Shown here piece by piece: positions 1 to 11,114 of a DNA stretch of 64,000 nt (its first letter is position 1; each line of letters begins with the position of its first letter). Where the stretch lies: positions 1,156 through 65,155 of the forward strand of contig CARPYP010000010.1 of the NCBI GenBank assembly GCA_949045875.1. Reading direction: 5' to 3'. Origin of the DNA: an uncultured Clostridia bacterium. Its GTDB lineage: Bacteria > Bacillota > Clostridia > TANB77 > CAG-508. The notes under the pieces are model-generated. The model did no database searches and was not told the DNA's origin. It worked only from the letters and a program-made list of their open reading frames with translations. The position numbers and the translations under genes were made by a program.

Positions 1-264
1 CTTGTCTAAGTCTATTCTTAGGTTATAAAAGATTTCTATGATATCACATGAATTTATATTATATGTATTATTTCCTTCGAATAATATGTAGTCTGCAAAA
101 CATAAGTATTGGGTGCCAGCAAGTAGTGCACTTTTTGGTTTTCTTGCACCTTTTGCTGCACACCCTATTTTTCCTAACCCTGGTGTTAATAGTGTTATCA
201 TTTTGTCTGAATCTCCCATATTACTTTCTACTAATACTATTCCTTTAGTTTTTATTATTCCCAT
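1..264 (-). CDS. recO: DNA repair protein RecO, N-terminal part; the gene runs off the window start
   Basis: Minus-strand translation from the ATG at 264 reads MGIIKTKGIVLVESNMGDSDKMITLLTPGLGKIGCAAKGARKPKSALLAG, a RecO N-terminal signature. The RBS is plausible and the gene follows era as in the conserved era-recO order. Confidence 0.6.
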   Translation of the reverse strand, partial: MGIIKTKGIVLVESNMGDSDKMITLLTPGLGKIGCAAKGARKPKSALLAGTQYLCFADYILFEGNNTYNINSCDIIEIFYNLRIDLDK

Positions 265-478
265 TTCCTATGATATTCCTTTCTAAAGACACAATTACTT
301 TTCAACCTTTTTACCTATATTTTGTTCTATATTCTGTATTCTTAGAAATTCTAAATATACGTCTATGTTTCCTGTCTTTTTAAAGGTGTTCCACGCTATT
401 TCTTTTAACATTGTAATCACTCTCCCTTTATTTTTATCTTTTGCTTTTTTTGTAGTTTTTATTCTGTTTATTTTTTTA

Positions 479-1393
479 TTATTTGTTTGGTTTGAATTTT
501 TTTATTATTGTGTCCGTGTCTTGCCAGTCTTCTTTTACTTTGACCCATGTTTTTAAGTTCACTTTCATTCCAAACATGTTTTCTAGGTCTTGTCTTGCAT
601 ATGTTCCTATCTTTTTTAACATTTGTCCGCCTTTTCCTATTATTATCCCTTTATGTGAGTTTCTTAAACAATATATTGTTGCTTCTATGTTGTAAAATGG
701 TTTGTTATCAATTTTAGCTTTTGACATTTTCATTTTTTCTATTTCTACATATATTCCATGTGGTATTTCTTCATCTAATAGTTTTAGTGCTTTTTCTCTT
801 ATTGTTTCTTCTACTAGTTGCCTCATGGTTTGGTCTGTATATTCTTCAGTATTATAATATGCTGGTCCAGTTTTAAGATTTTTTTCAATTTCTTCTAGTA
901 CTTTGTCTGTATTGTCTTGCTTTATTGCTGATATTGGTAATACTCCTACAAAGTTATATTCTTCTGAGTATAGTTTTATTAGTGATAATAGTTCTTCTTT
1001 TTTTACTAAGTCTATTTTGTTTATGATTAATATTGTCTTTTTCTTTGATTCTTTTATTTTTTCTAGTATTCTTCTATCACCTGGTCCTATTTCTTTGCTT
1101 GTTGCTTCTATTATGAATAAAATTATATCTACTTCTTCTGTTGTTTCAAATGCTGTGTCATTCATTGTTTCTCCTAGCTTTGTTTTGGGTTTGTGTATTC
1201 CAGGAGTGTCTATTATTATTATTTGCGAGTTTGGTCTGTTTATTATGGCTTTTATCGCTGTTCTTGTTGTTTGTGGTTTGTTTGTCATTATTGCTATTTT
1301 TTCTCCTACTAGTGAGTTGATTAGTGTTGATTTTCCTACATTTGTTCTTCCTATTATTGATACAAATCCTGATTTGAATTTTTCTTGTTCCAT
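479..1393 (-). CDS. era: GTPase Era
   Basis: 304 aa. G1 motif GRTNVGKST, G3 DTPG, G4 NKID and a C-terminal KH domain (GKGG) are present. Confidence 0.95.
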   Translation of the reverse strand: MEQEKFKSGFVSIIGRTNVGKSTLINSLVGEKIAIMTNKPQTTRTAIKAIINRPNSQIIIIDTPGIHKPKTKLGETMNDTAFETTEEVDIILFIIEATSKEIGPGDRRILEKIKESKKKTILIINKIDLVKKEELLSLIKLYSEEYNFVGVLPISAIKQDNTDKVLEEIEKNLKTGPAYYNTEEYTDQTMRQLVEETIREKALKLLDEEIPHGIYVEIEKMKMSKAKIDNKPFYNIEATIYCLRNSHKGIIIGKGGQMLKKIGTYARQDLENMFGMKVNLKTWVKVKEDWQDTDTIIKKFKPNK

Positions 1394-1454
1394 ATGTTCT
1401 CCTTTATTTAATATGCGATTATTATATCATGAAATATAGTCTTATACAAGATTG

Positions 1455-1473
1455 AGCACGAAATATCGTGCTC
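1455..1473. terminator. Hairpin GAGCACGA-AATA-TCGTGCTC between the DUF3048 gene and era, followed by a T tract on the plus strand
   Basis: Perfect 8-bp arms read directly. The arms GCACGA/TCGTGC are the same as those of the ICE operator palindromes. Confidence 0.4.
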
Positions 1474-1479
1474 TTGTTT

Positions 1480-2553
1480 TTATTCAAATGTTACTTTTGT
1501 GTCGATTGGTACTATTTGTATGTATGTGTTTCCATCGTTTACATCTATTTCTTTTCCGCTTTCGTCTTTGTATACTGTTTGTGCATTTCTTGACGCTTTT
1601 GAACATTTTATTTTTATTGCTTTTCCGTTTGTTATGTAATATCCTTCGAGAGTTCCTATATTTTCTATTTCTTGTCTTCCATATCCTGCGTCTTCATCTG
1701 TTGTATAGTTGTGCGCATATGTTATTATAATATTTTTTGTGATTCTTGTTTCTTTGCTTACCATGTCTTTTTCTACTTTTCCATTTACATATCTTTCATA
1801 TAGTTTTGTTTCTGGATTATATTTGAATGTTACTTTATGACTTGCTGTGTATGGCATGTTTACTGTGTTTGCTGTTTGACCATTTTCTAATTCTATTTCA
1901 TTTGGTACATATTTTAATACACTTTTTTGTGTTGATGTTGTTTTGTATTCTTTTTTTTCAGCATATTCCATTACTTTTTTCATGTTTGTTAATACATTGT
2001 GTGGCGCTTTTTTTTCTGATGTTCTCCAAAATGCTGATTCTGTTACTAACCCATTTACATTGTTGATTTTTAATTTTTCTATATCTCCTTCTGCTCTTTT
2101 ACTATATCCAAAGTGTACGAATATACTGTCATTTTCTAGTGCATAGTCTATGAATACTGGTCTTGCACTTCTTACTGGTCCTATTGTCTCTTCTCTGTTT
2201 TTTATGTCTTTATATACTGCTAGAAGCCTTGTAAGTCCTCCTTCTACTGTTATTTCATATACTATTGCTGCTTCGTTTAGACCTGCTTGTGGTTTTGCTT
2301 CTCCTACATTGTCTATCATTATTGCTACACTTCTTGAGTTTCCTGACCATGTTTTGATTCCTGTGTTTTTTGTTTCTTCTTCTTGTGTTGTGTTTTTTTG
2401 TTCGTCTGGATTTGCATTTGTTTTTTCATCTTTTTTTACAAGCTTTGTTCCTATTAGTATTCCTAATATTATTACTACTACTATTAATATTACTATTAGT
2501 CCTTTATTTTTCATTTTTTTCTTCCTTTCTTTGTAGGGTTGATTATTCATCAT
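1480..2553 (-). CDS. DUF3048-family membrane-anchored protein (YerB-like)
   Basis: 357 aa with an N-terminal TM/signal anchor and a low-complexity linker, followed by a conserved DUF3048-like region (AIMIDNVGEAKPQAGL...). Confidence 0.65.
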   Translation of the reverse strand: MMNNQPYKERKKKMKNKGLIVILIVVVIILGILIGTKLVKKDEKTNANPDEQKNTTQEEETKNTGIKTWSGNSRSVAIMIDNVGEAKPQAGLNEAAIVYEITVEGGLTRLLAVYKDIKNREETIGPVRSARPVFIDYALENDSIFVHFGYSKRAEGDIEKLKINNVNGLVTESAFWRTSEKKAPHNVLTNMKKVMEYAEKKEYKTTSTQKSVLKYVPNEIELENGQTANTVNMPYTASHKVTFKYNPETKLYERYVNGKVEKDMVSKETRITKNIIITYAHNYTTDEDAGYGRQEIENIGTLEGYYITNGKAIKIKCSKASRNAQTVYKDESGKEIDVNDGNTYIQIVPIDTKVTFE

Positions 2554-2660
2554 CCATTCTTCTAGCTTTTTCTTAAAATATTAATATTTGGAAATTTATT
2601 ATTTTATTTAAATATTTTGATATTTTTTTTGCTTTTGTAATGTTTTAAGCTTTTTTTCTG

Positions 2661-2691
2661 GAGTGTGGGCGATTATTAATCGCCCACACTC
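2661..2691. terminator. Perfect 15-bp inverted repeat GAGTGTGGGCGATTA/TAATCGCCCACACTC immediately 3' of ybeY
   Basis: A GC-rich palindrome in an AT-rich context, read directly. The U tract is only on the plus-strand side. Confidence 0.4.
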
Positions 2692-2699
2692 ATTAGATT

Positions 2700-3173
2700 T
2701 TATTCTAATATTTCTAATTTTGATAATATGTTTTCTTCTTTTTTTCTCATTTCTTTTTTATCTTGTTCTTCTATATGGTCATACCCCATTAGATGATAAA
2801 ATCCATGTACTACCATGTATGCTAACTCTCTTTCTATACTGTGCTCATATTCTTTTGCTTGTTTTTCAATTATTGGTATACAGATGATTATATCTCCTAA
2901 TACATCTGGTATACCTGTCTTTTCTTTTGGTATTTCTTCTTTTTCAAACATTGGAAATGATAGAACATCTGTTGACTTGTCTATGTTTCTTGTTTGCTTG
3001 TTTATTTTTTGTATATGTTCTTCGTTTGATAGTGTTATACTTAAATATAAGTCGGTTTTGTCTAATTTTTCTTCTTTGAAACATTTTTCTACTGTTTCTT
3101 GTATTAATTCTTCATATTCTTTATTTTTCTCTATTTGCTCATAGTTTATGTCTGTTAGTTGGTTCATTAGCAC
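2700..3173 (-). CDS. ybeY: rRNA maturation endoribonuclease YbeY
   Basis: 157 aa. It has the HGFYHLMGYDH zinc-binding motif and sits in the conserved ybeY-era neighbourhood. Confidence 0.9.
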   Translation of the reverse strand: MLMNQLTDINYEQIEKNKEYEELIQETVEKCFKEEKLDKTDLYLSITLSNEEHIQKINKQTRNIDKSTDVLSFPMFEKEEIPKEKTGIPDVLGDIIICIPIIEKQAKEYEHSIERELAYMVVHGFYHLMGYDHIEEQDKKEMRKKEENILSKLEILE

Positions 3174-3236
3174 CCCTTCTTATTTTGGATTTTTTAGATG
3201 TTTTTCTGATTTTGTCATTTCTACATTTTTCATAGA

Positions 3237-4496
3237 TTATCCACGTTTTGCTAATTTTTCATGGTTTTTGCCTTTTAGTTTTACGTTTGTGGTTTTTGCA
3301 TATGCATCTTTTAAGTGTTTCATTACTCCTAGTTCAACTAATTTCTTTTTATAGAATTTTACTACATGTTTTGATTGTAAGCCTGTTCCTTGTATTTTCT
3401 GTATATCACTTTTTATGTATAGTATTTGCTTTTGCTTTTCTTTTTGTTCTTCTGAACTTTTTGCTTTTTCTATTTCTTGATATTTATCCCAGAATTTTTG
3501 ATATTCTTCTTTTTCTGTTGGCTTTTCCCAATATATTTTTGTAGATAATAAGTTTATATTATAGTCTTCTAGTAGTGTTATTAATAGTTCATATGCCATG
3601 CTTTGTTTTTTGCTGTTTGGACTGCTTATTATTAAGTGTCTGTTGTCTTTTAATAGACTTTCATAACATTGTTCTGCTACTACTAATGGTAGACTGTGAG
3701 TGAATAGCTTTCTGCTTATTCCTAATAGTATCATTCTTTTTTCTATTATGTCTCTTTTGTCTAGTTTGCCTGTTAAAAATGAGTTGAATTTATCATATAG
3801 ATATACTATGTCTTTATATGCTGGTTCTGTTCCTTCTTCAATTTTGATTGGTAATATGTTTGTGGTGTATTTTTCTAAGTTTTCAAATATGTCATTATAT
3901 ATTTTTTCTTTGTTTTCTTCACTTTCACTTACTACTTTGTCTGCTAGTTGTACTGAGTAATTTTTTAATAAGCCTTTATATAGACTGTTCATTTTGTCTG
4001 CATAAAATGTTTTGTATTTTCCAAGGATTTTTTCCTTTTTGTTACCTTTTAGGCTTTCATAGTCTAATTCTAATAGGAATTCTTGCTTTTTGTATTTGTA
4101 TTCTACATATTGTGTTTCTTTTAGGTGTACTACATTATAGTATTTTGATAGCGCATTTTCTTCATATGTTGTGGCTATTTTGTTTTTTACTCTTTTATAT
4201 ACTGATTCCATTATATATTTGTCTAGTGCTTCTAAGTATAATACTACTGCGTTTTCATATTTTTTTTCTAAGTTTGCTTTACTTTCTTTACTTTTTTCAT
4301 TATGATTTACATATTCATGGTATGTTTTTACTACATTGCTTCTTTTCATGGATATTAACATTCCATTTATTCCTATTTTTGTTGGTATTAATAGTTTTGT
4401 TATTGTTGTGGTTATTTTAGAGAAAAATGCACCATCTGTCTTTGCTAGTCTTAGTCCTTTTTCTGCCATATTTAATATCATTCCTTTCTTTTGCAC
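3237..4496 (-). CDS. Hypothetical protein in the position usually occupied by phoH/yqfF
   Basis: 419-aa ORF. It is lysine-rich, has no Walker A motif and no TM segments, and carries no recognisable domain. Confidence 0.45.
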   Translation of the reverse strand: MQKKGMILNMAEKGLRLAKTDGAFFSKITTTITKLLIPTKIGINGMLISMKRSNVVKTYHEYVNHNEKSKESKANLEKKYENAVVLYLEALDKYIMESVYKRVKNKIATTYEENALSKYYNVVHLKETQYVEYKYKKQEFLLELDYESLKGNKKEKILGKYKTFYADKMNSLYKGLLKNYSVQLADKVVSESEENKEKIYNDIFENLEKYTTNILPIKIEEGTEPAYKDIVYLYDKFNSFLTGKLDKRDIIEKRMILLGISRKLFTHSLPLVVAEQCYESLLKDNRHLIISSPNSKKQSMAYELLITLLEDYNINLLSTKIYWEKPTEKEEYQKFWDKYQEIEKAKSSEEQKEKQKQILYIKSDIQKIQGTGLQSKHVVKFYKKKLVELGVMKHLKDAYAKTTNVKLKGKNHEKLAKRG

Positions 4497-5691
4497 TTAT
4501 TCTGCATTTATGTCTATCTTTTTTTCTTCTCCAATATTTTCCAATATTTCATATATTAATTGTACTTCTATTCCTCCATCTATTTCTTTTACATTTATTT
4601 GTTTATTTATTGGGTTTGTTTTGTCTTTTGTTTTTACGGATAGTTCTTCTTCGAGCTCTTTTACTAGTATATTTTTTAGTTCTTCATAGCTATATTCCTT
4701 TTCTATACTAGTGGTTTCCTGATATTCGTCTATCCCTAATTCTATCGGTAAATAGAAATCGGAAAATATCTTTAATTTTTTTCTTTCATTTATTGTATCA
4801 TATTTTTCAAATTTTGGAAGACTTTTATATAAATTTATTTGAAAATTATTTAATTTTATAAAATATCTTTTTTCGGAGTTTCCTGTAAAATTCTTTTCTT
4901 CTTGTTTATACGTCTTGCTTTTAGTGGCTTCATACCAAACTCTTGCTTCTATTTCCGCTTCACTATGTACATATCTTGTTCCTGTATATTTTCCATCCAT
5001 CCATCCGTCCTACAAGTATTGTATCTTTTGTAACAACGTCTCCAATTTTTACTACGGGTGTACCAGTTTTAGCGTTTATTTTTGTTATTACTCCCGATTT
5101 GTTTGCTACTATGTTACAATATTCATTTTTGTTTATTAGTTCTGGTTTTTCTGTGTTTTCTACTATTTTTATAATTGCATTTGTTCCGTTTAGATCTATA
5201 CTCATCCATGCTATGTCATCTCTTTTTAACCTTATTTGTCTTATTATTTCTTCTGTGTCTATTTTTGATTTTTGTGCTCCTATTGTTATTCCTTTTTCTT
5301 TTATTTGTTGTAATATTTCTTGTGTGTCTATCTTTTCATTCCCTATTATCTCAATGTTCCATATATATCTTGATGTAACTAATATACTAATTATTATTGC
5401 TAATAGTGCTAATACAAATATTTTCCTTTTTTTGTATCTATTTAGCATAAATGGTATTCCCTTTTTTTTGTTTATATTTATTCTGCATTTCGTTTTTTTA
5501 GCTACTTCTTTTATCTTTTTAAAATCTTTTATGCTGATATTTGTTTGCATATATGTAGATTTGTCCCTTTTTGTGTTCCATAGTAATATCCTTTTACTTA
5601 TACACATGTTTATAAATCTTTCTATAAAGTATCCTTCTACTGATATATTTACATATCCACAAATATAACTTAATAAGATTTTAAATATCAC
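4497..5691 (-). pseudogene. yqfD: Sporulation protein YqfD (stage IV sporulation), frame broken at ~4963-5000
   Basis: Two overlapping ORFs, 4963..5691 (N part) and 4497..5000 (C part, GKYTGTRYVHSEAEIEARVWYE). They are joined by deleting one C in GGACGGATGG at the GGATGGATGGATGG repeat. Confidence 0.75.
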
Positions 5692-6000
5692 TTACTTTTC
5701 CTCCATCTCTTCTTCATAGTTCTCAAATTCTATGCTGTCGATTTTTCCCGTAATTTTCATATCGTCTTGGTTCATTTGTATTAGATTTAAATTGAATCCG
5801 TTTACATTTATTACTCCTATGTGTGTATTTACTTTTATATATAAACTTTCATATTCTATTATGTTTTTATAGTTTTCTATTAACATTTCACCAAATCCAA
5901 GTATTGAGATTTTTGGTGTATTTGATACTACTTCTGCTGGCATTTCTAGGAATTCATTTATTTTGTTTATTCCTCTGGTGATTCTTTTTTTCTTTTTCAA
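5692..6000 (-). CDS. yqfC: Sporulation protein YqfC
   Basis: 102 aa, a YqfC-family protein lying immediately upstream of yqfD. Confidence 0.7.
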   Translation of the reverse strand: MKKKKRITRGINKINEFLEMPAEVVSNTPKISILGFGEMLIENYKNIIEYESLYIKVNTHIGVINVNGFNLNLIQMNQDDMKITGKIDSIEFENYEEEMEEK

Positions 6001-6143
6001 TGGCGCCTTCTCCTTTTTATATGTATTAAGTTTTAAGGTATTTTCTTTAATGGCGGGCTACTACATTTGCTTCGCAAATTTTTCACGATGCGTTCGCAAG
6101 AATATAAAAATATAAAATTAATTTTATATTTTTATATTCTTTC

Positions 6144-6527
6144 TCACTTTTCAAATTGTTCTATGCTTCTAAATTCATAACCCATATTTTTTATCTCTTT
6201 TATTACGTCTCCTAATATTTCTGAGTTGTCTTTTGAGGTTGAGTGCAGTAGTATTACTGCTCCTGGATGTATATTTGATATTATTTTTTCTTTTCCATAT
6301 TCTGTTCTTCCTTGTTTTGCTTCGTCCCAGTCATCATATGCTAGACTCCACATTACTGTTGTGTATCCTAAGTTGTTTGTTATTGCTAGCGTTCTTTCAC
6401 TATATTCCCCTTTTGGTGGTCTTATGTATCTCATTTCATATCCTGTTTTTTCATATACTGCTGTTTGCAGTTTTACTACTTCCTCTTTTATTTCTTCTTC
6501 TGATAAGTCTGGCATACTATGATGGTT
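6144..6527 (-). pseudogene. Polysaccharide deacetylase (NodB, PdaA/PdaB-like), C-terminal half, separated from its N-terminal half by the ICE
   Basis: The open frame continues upstream of the ATG at 6515 through HHSMPDLS (the GNH-x-HP-DLS region of NodB enzymes) up to the ICE junction at 6528. The C-terminal NodB motifs are present. Confidence 0.8.
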
Positions 6528-6528
6528 T
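6522..6528. repeat. attL crossover core ATGGTTT; the second copy is at 54586..54592
   Basis: Identical 7-mers at both element/host junctions. Both copies are in the same codon phase of the split pda ORF. Confidence 0.6.
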
Positions 6529-6615
6529 ACTGTATGTATTTAAGCTATACCGATGACGCTTTTTTGTATTACTTGCTATGATTATATTTCGACATTTTAT
6601 TCTTATAATTTATTA

Positions 6616-8224
6616 CTAAACCTGTGAAAAAGTTAATTCTACTGTGATTTTCTTGTTTTTATCAAACACAACTTTTTTTACTAACTTTTTTAGGATTTCA
6701 TTATCTGGATTTTCTATTTTTAAAAATTCATTTGCTAGTTTTTCCATTTTTTTATATTCACTATTTTTGCCTTTTATTCCTTTATTATTTTTCTTAATTT
6801 CTTCATTGAGCCTATCTATTTCTTGTTGTATTTTTCTCTTTCTTTCGCTCATTATCTCATATAGCTCTTTAAATTTATCTATTGTTATTTGTTTTGTTAC
6901 TTTCTTTTCATATAAGCATTTTATTTCATCTTCCACTTTATTAAGTTCTTTGCTTTTATTTGAAAGCTGGCTTTGAATTTCATTTACTGTGCTTTTTGCT
7001 TTTCTTTGTGCATTATTATATATTGCTTTTAATTCCTTTGAAGTATATTCTATTTTTTTGATTTCCTCCATTATTGTATTTCTTACTGCATTCATTAGTA
7101 TTTTTTCTCCAATAACAACATTATCACATAAACTTCTATAATCTGCTCTTTTCCCACATACTGCACAATTTCCCTCCCAACAAACCTTACCAGATTTTGT
7201 TTTGCTTTTATTGTGTTGAAATCTTGCTTTGTTTCCACACTCTCCACAATATACAAGCTCTTTTAGTGGGTATTCATATTTTTTTCTAGTATCTGTATTA
7301 TATGAGCTTAACTTTTCTTGTACCTTATTCCATAATTCTTTACTAATAATAGGCTCGTGCATATTTTCCTTTATTATATACTCTGATTTTTCTTTCATTT
7401 TTCCTTTTTTTATTTTAGGGCTTATTTGCTCTTTTTTTCCACTTACAACATTTCCTATATATACTTGATTTTTTAGCATACTACCTATTTGTGTCCTTAA
7501 CCATAAATACCTACCATCTGGATTTTTACTGTTTAGATTTTTTCTAGTGCTAGGCATTTTCATATAAATTCCCGGAGGCGTTATATTTCTATTATTTAAT
7601 TCATCTGCAATTTTTATTGTAGACATTCCTTTGTTTGCATACATATCAAATATCTCTTGTACTATATAACTTACATTCTCATCTATTACTAAATGATTTT
7701 TTATTTCTGTATCTTTTTTGTAGCCATAAGGTGCAATTCCTGCTTGATATTCTCCTGCTTTCATTTTCTTTTTCTTTACGCTCTTAATTTTATTTGAAAT
7801 ATCTTGTATATAGTAATCATTAAAGCTTAATTTGAAAGATAAAAATTGTAATCCTCTTGAATCTATTGTGTCTATTCCATCTCCGTATTGCTATATATCG
7901 TATATTCATTTTAGGTAAGTATCTCTCTAAATAATAGCCTGTATCTATATGATCTCTGCCAAATCTTGATAAGTCCTTTGTGATTATGCAATTTACTTTG
8001 CCATTTTCTATATCTTGTATCATTTGCTTAAATCTCGGTCTATCAAAATTTCCTCCTGTATATCCATCATCAACATATTCATCAAACACTTCTAACTCTG
8101 TATTTTTACTAATAAAATTATCAATTATATCTCTTTGATTTTCTACACTTTCACTTTCTTTTTTTCCTCTGTCTTCGTCTGATAGTCTTATATATTTAGC
8201 AACTTTGTACTTTGTTATAATCAT
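6616..8224 (-). pseudogene. Large serine recombinase 1 (resolvase catalytic domain, recombinase domain, Zn-ribbon, coiled-coil), one frameshift
   Basis: The N-terminal ORF 7820..8224 carries the catalytic Ser (YIRLSDED) and the C-terminal ORF is 6616..7764. They are joined by removing one C in ATACGGAGAT (~7875), which gives IAIGDGIDTI.. parallel to recombinase 2. Confidence 0.85.
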
Positions 8225-8226
8225 AT

Positions 8227-9850
8227 TTATACTGCTTTCTCATATTTTTCTTGTTCTTTTATATTTCCGAAAGTTAGTGTAACTGTAATATTTTTATTAC
8301 TATCAAATTCAATTTTTTTTATTAGTTTTGAATATATTTCTTTACTAGGATTTTTCATTTGTAACATATCTTTTGCTAATTTAATCATTTCTATATAGTT
8401 TTTTCCTGTATCTTCTTTTTGTAATTCCATCATTTCCGTTTCTATTTGATGAATCTGCATTAGTAGTTCTTTTTTTTCGCTTTGCAATTTATTATAAATC
8501 ATAGCAAAATCATCTGCTGTTATAAGTTTATGTATTTTATCTTGATATACCTCTTGTGTAGTTTGTTCATTTTCATCAATTTTGTTTTGTATAGCCACTT
8601 TTTGACTCCTTAATATATTAGTTTTACTGTGTACCTTTTCTTCAGCTTTTTTATAGACATTTATTATCTCATCTTCTGTATAAGATATTTGCTCTATTTC
8701 TTCTTTGATTACTTTTTTTACTTCATCTTGTATAAGTTCTTCTGTTATCGGTTTACAAGTGCAACTTTTATTTCTATTTTTATTAGAACATAAGAAAGTT
8801 CTTTGTTCCCATACTTTGCCACTTTTTCTTTCCCCTTTTCTTACTTTATAAGTTGCTTTTCCTCCACATTCTGCACAAAATATAAATTCTTTCAAAGGTA
8901 CTTCATATTTTTGAGTTAATGAATTTTTATGCTTGTTTAGTTTGTCTTGTGCCTTTCTCCAAGTTAGTTCATCAATTATAGGTTCGTGCATATTTTTCAC
9001 AATAATATATTCCTCTCTATGCGTACTTCGTACTTTCTCAACTTTATGGCTTATCTTTTGAAACTTTCTTCCAACTACACTCCCTATATATACTTCATTT
9101 TTCAACATTTTAGCTATTTGTTCACTATGCCATATATAGCCTTTTGGATCTTTACTTTTTCTATTCATACATACTGGTATTTTTAAATATATTGCAGGAG
9201 CTTCAATATTTCTTTCATTTAATTTATCTGCAATCTTTATTGTAGACATTCCATTATATAAATACATATCAAATATTTCTCTAACTATCTGTGCCGAATA
9301 TTCATCAATTACTAAATGATTTTTTATATTGTTGTCCTTTTTATAGCCATAAGGTGCTATTCCTCCTTGAAACTCCCCCTTTTCTATCTTTCTGTTTTTT
9401 ACACTTTTTATCTTATTAGAAATATCTTGTGCATAATAATCATTAAAACTTAATTTAAAAGTCAAAAATTGTAATCCATCTGGATTTATTGTATCAACAT
9501 TATCTCCTATTGCTATATATCTAATATTGTTTGTTGGCAAATATCTTTCTAAATAATAACCTGTGTCTATATGATCTCTACCAAATCTTGATAAGTCCTT
9601 TGTTATAATGCAATTTATTTTTCCATCTTCTATATCTTGCAACATCTTTTTAAATCCGTGGGCGATTAAAGTTTGTTCCAGTATAGCCATCATCAACATA
9701 TTCTTCTACTGATTCTAATTCTTCGTGTTCATTTATATAGCTATCTAATATATCTCTTTGATTTTCTATACTTTCACTTTCTCTATCATCTCCGTCATCT
9801 CTTGATAAACGCATATATTTCGCCACTTTATAATTATTTATTCTTAACAT
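8227..9850 (-). pseudogene. Large serine recombinase 2, one frameshift; its stop lies 2 nt from the start of recombinase 1
   Basis: The N-terminal ORF 9650..9850 (YMRLSRDD) and the C-terminal ORF 8227..9699 are joined by removing one C in CCACGGATTT (~9662). Confidence 0.85.
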
Positions 9851-10135
9851 TTTCCCTCCCTCCTAGAATAAATAACCTGTCTGCTATTTCATTTTACTTT
9901 TTTTATTTTTTTAAGTAAAATGTATAAATTCATTGTTTTTTTAATTTTTCTATATTTTCTATTTTTTCAATAAAAGTTTTCTCTAATAAATTCGTTAATA
10001 TTTCTTTTAGGTTTTCATTCCCATATATCTTTTTTACATTATCTTTTTCATTTTTTAAGTCCTCCATCTCCTCCTCCTTTTATATTAAAAGGTATTTTTG
10101 AATGTCCCATTTTATGAATAAAATTTGAAATAAAT

Positions 10136-10540
10136 CTATTCATTCAATAGCTCTGGAAAGACACTTTCTAAAATAGTTTCTGCCTCTTTCATTATATTTC
10201 TAGGGTGGTGCGAATGGATCATACTTAAAAATTCTTTGACAATTTTTTCATCTGTTATCTGCATTTCTCTATTTATTAGTACATTGAATATACAAATAGC
10301 ATAAGAAATAAAGTCATTTGCTGATAAAATCCAATTAAAATTTATTCTATTTAATAATTCAGTATTAACTCCTGTTATCTCAATACTATTAAGATTTTCT
10401 TGTGCTACTTCTACTATATCTTTCAATATATCTCCTAGTCCATTTTGATTTATATTCTGTTCATATTTTTTATAACCTAAAATATAATAGCTTACTGCCT
10501 CCTTAATAGCATACATTTTATTTCTTACATTCTTTTTCAT
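10136..10540 (-). CDS. Hypothetical protein
   Basis: 134-aa ORF with no recognisable motif. Confidence 0.35.
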   Translation of the reverse strand: MKKNVRNKMYAIKEAVSYYILGYKKYEQNINQNGLGDILKDIVEVAQENLNSIEITGVNTELLNRINFNWILSANDFISYAICIFNVLINREMQITDEKIVKEFLSMIHSHHPRNIMKEAETILESVFPELLNE

Positions 10541-10571
10541 TAAAATTTCCTCCTATACTAAAAAACAAGCC

Positions 10572-11114
10572 CTATCTGGACTTGTCATTTCGATTTTTTA
10601 ATTCTTTTCTCTTTATATCTCTAGCTAATTTTTCAAAGCCTAATTTTTTAAAAGTTTCTATATAATGATTTCTATCGATACACTCTCCATTAAGAGTAAC
10701 TATATCAATATTTCTCATAAAATTATTTTCAAACAAACTTGTTATTTTTGCCGGATTTCTAAATAATCTTGAAATATCTGTTACTACTATTTGCTTGATT
10801 TTTCCTGCTTTTATATCTTCTATAAGTTTATCTAGTGCCTCTCTGTCTTCAGATAGTCCACTTTTTCTAACATCTATATAATGTACTCTGTTTGTTATAT
10901 TGTGTTTTTTACAATATTCTTCTAGTCTATCTCTTTGAGAATAAATATCTGCATTTACCATATCTCCATCTACTCTATTTGTTCTCATATATAGTGCAAC
11001 AGCTTTTTTCTGCTTTTTGTTTTCTATCTTTTCATCAATATAATAGTCTAATTGCTCAATATTTCCAACTCTCATATACATACCAACATTTCCATTTTTA
11101 CTCACAATTTCCAT
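10572..11114 (-). CDS. Resolvase-domain-only protein (serine recombinase N-terminal fold, probably degenerate)
   Basis: 180 aa. It has the resolvase-like core (ALYMRTNR..QRDRL..VVTDISRLFRN) but a Thr where the catalytic Ser is expected, and no DNA-binding or recombinase domain. Confidence 0.5.
   Translation of the reverse strand: MEIVSKNGNVGMYMRVGNIEQLDYYIDEKIENKKQKKAVALYMRTNRVDGDMVNADIYSQRDRLEEYCKKHNITNRVHYIDVRKSGLSEDREALDKLIEDIKAGKIKQIVVTDISRLFRNPAKITSLFENNFMRNIDIVTLNGECIDRNHYIETFKKLGFEKLARDIKRKELKNRNDKSR

Noticed and set aside
3237-4496. Calling the 419-aa protein PhoH or the 7TM-HD protein because of its conserved position between ybeY and yqfD
   Set aside because: It has no Walker A motif, no HD motif and no TM helices. 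Synteny alone does not justify the name.
6093-6135. Perfect AT-only inverted repeat GAATATAAAAATATAAAAT-TAAT-TTTATATTTTTATATTC between pda and yqfC
   Set aside because: It is all A/T, so hairpin stability is marginal. It probably serves as a weak terminator or spacer and I cannot assign a function from sequence.
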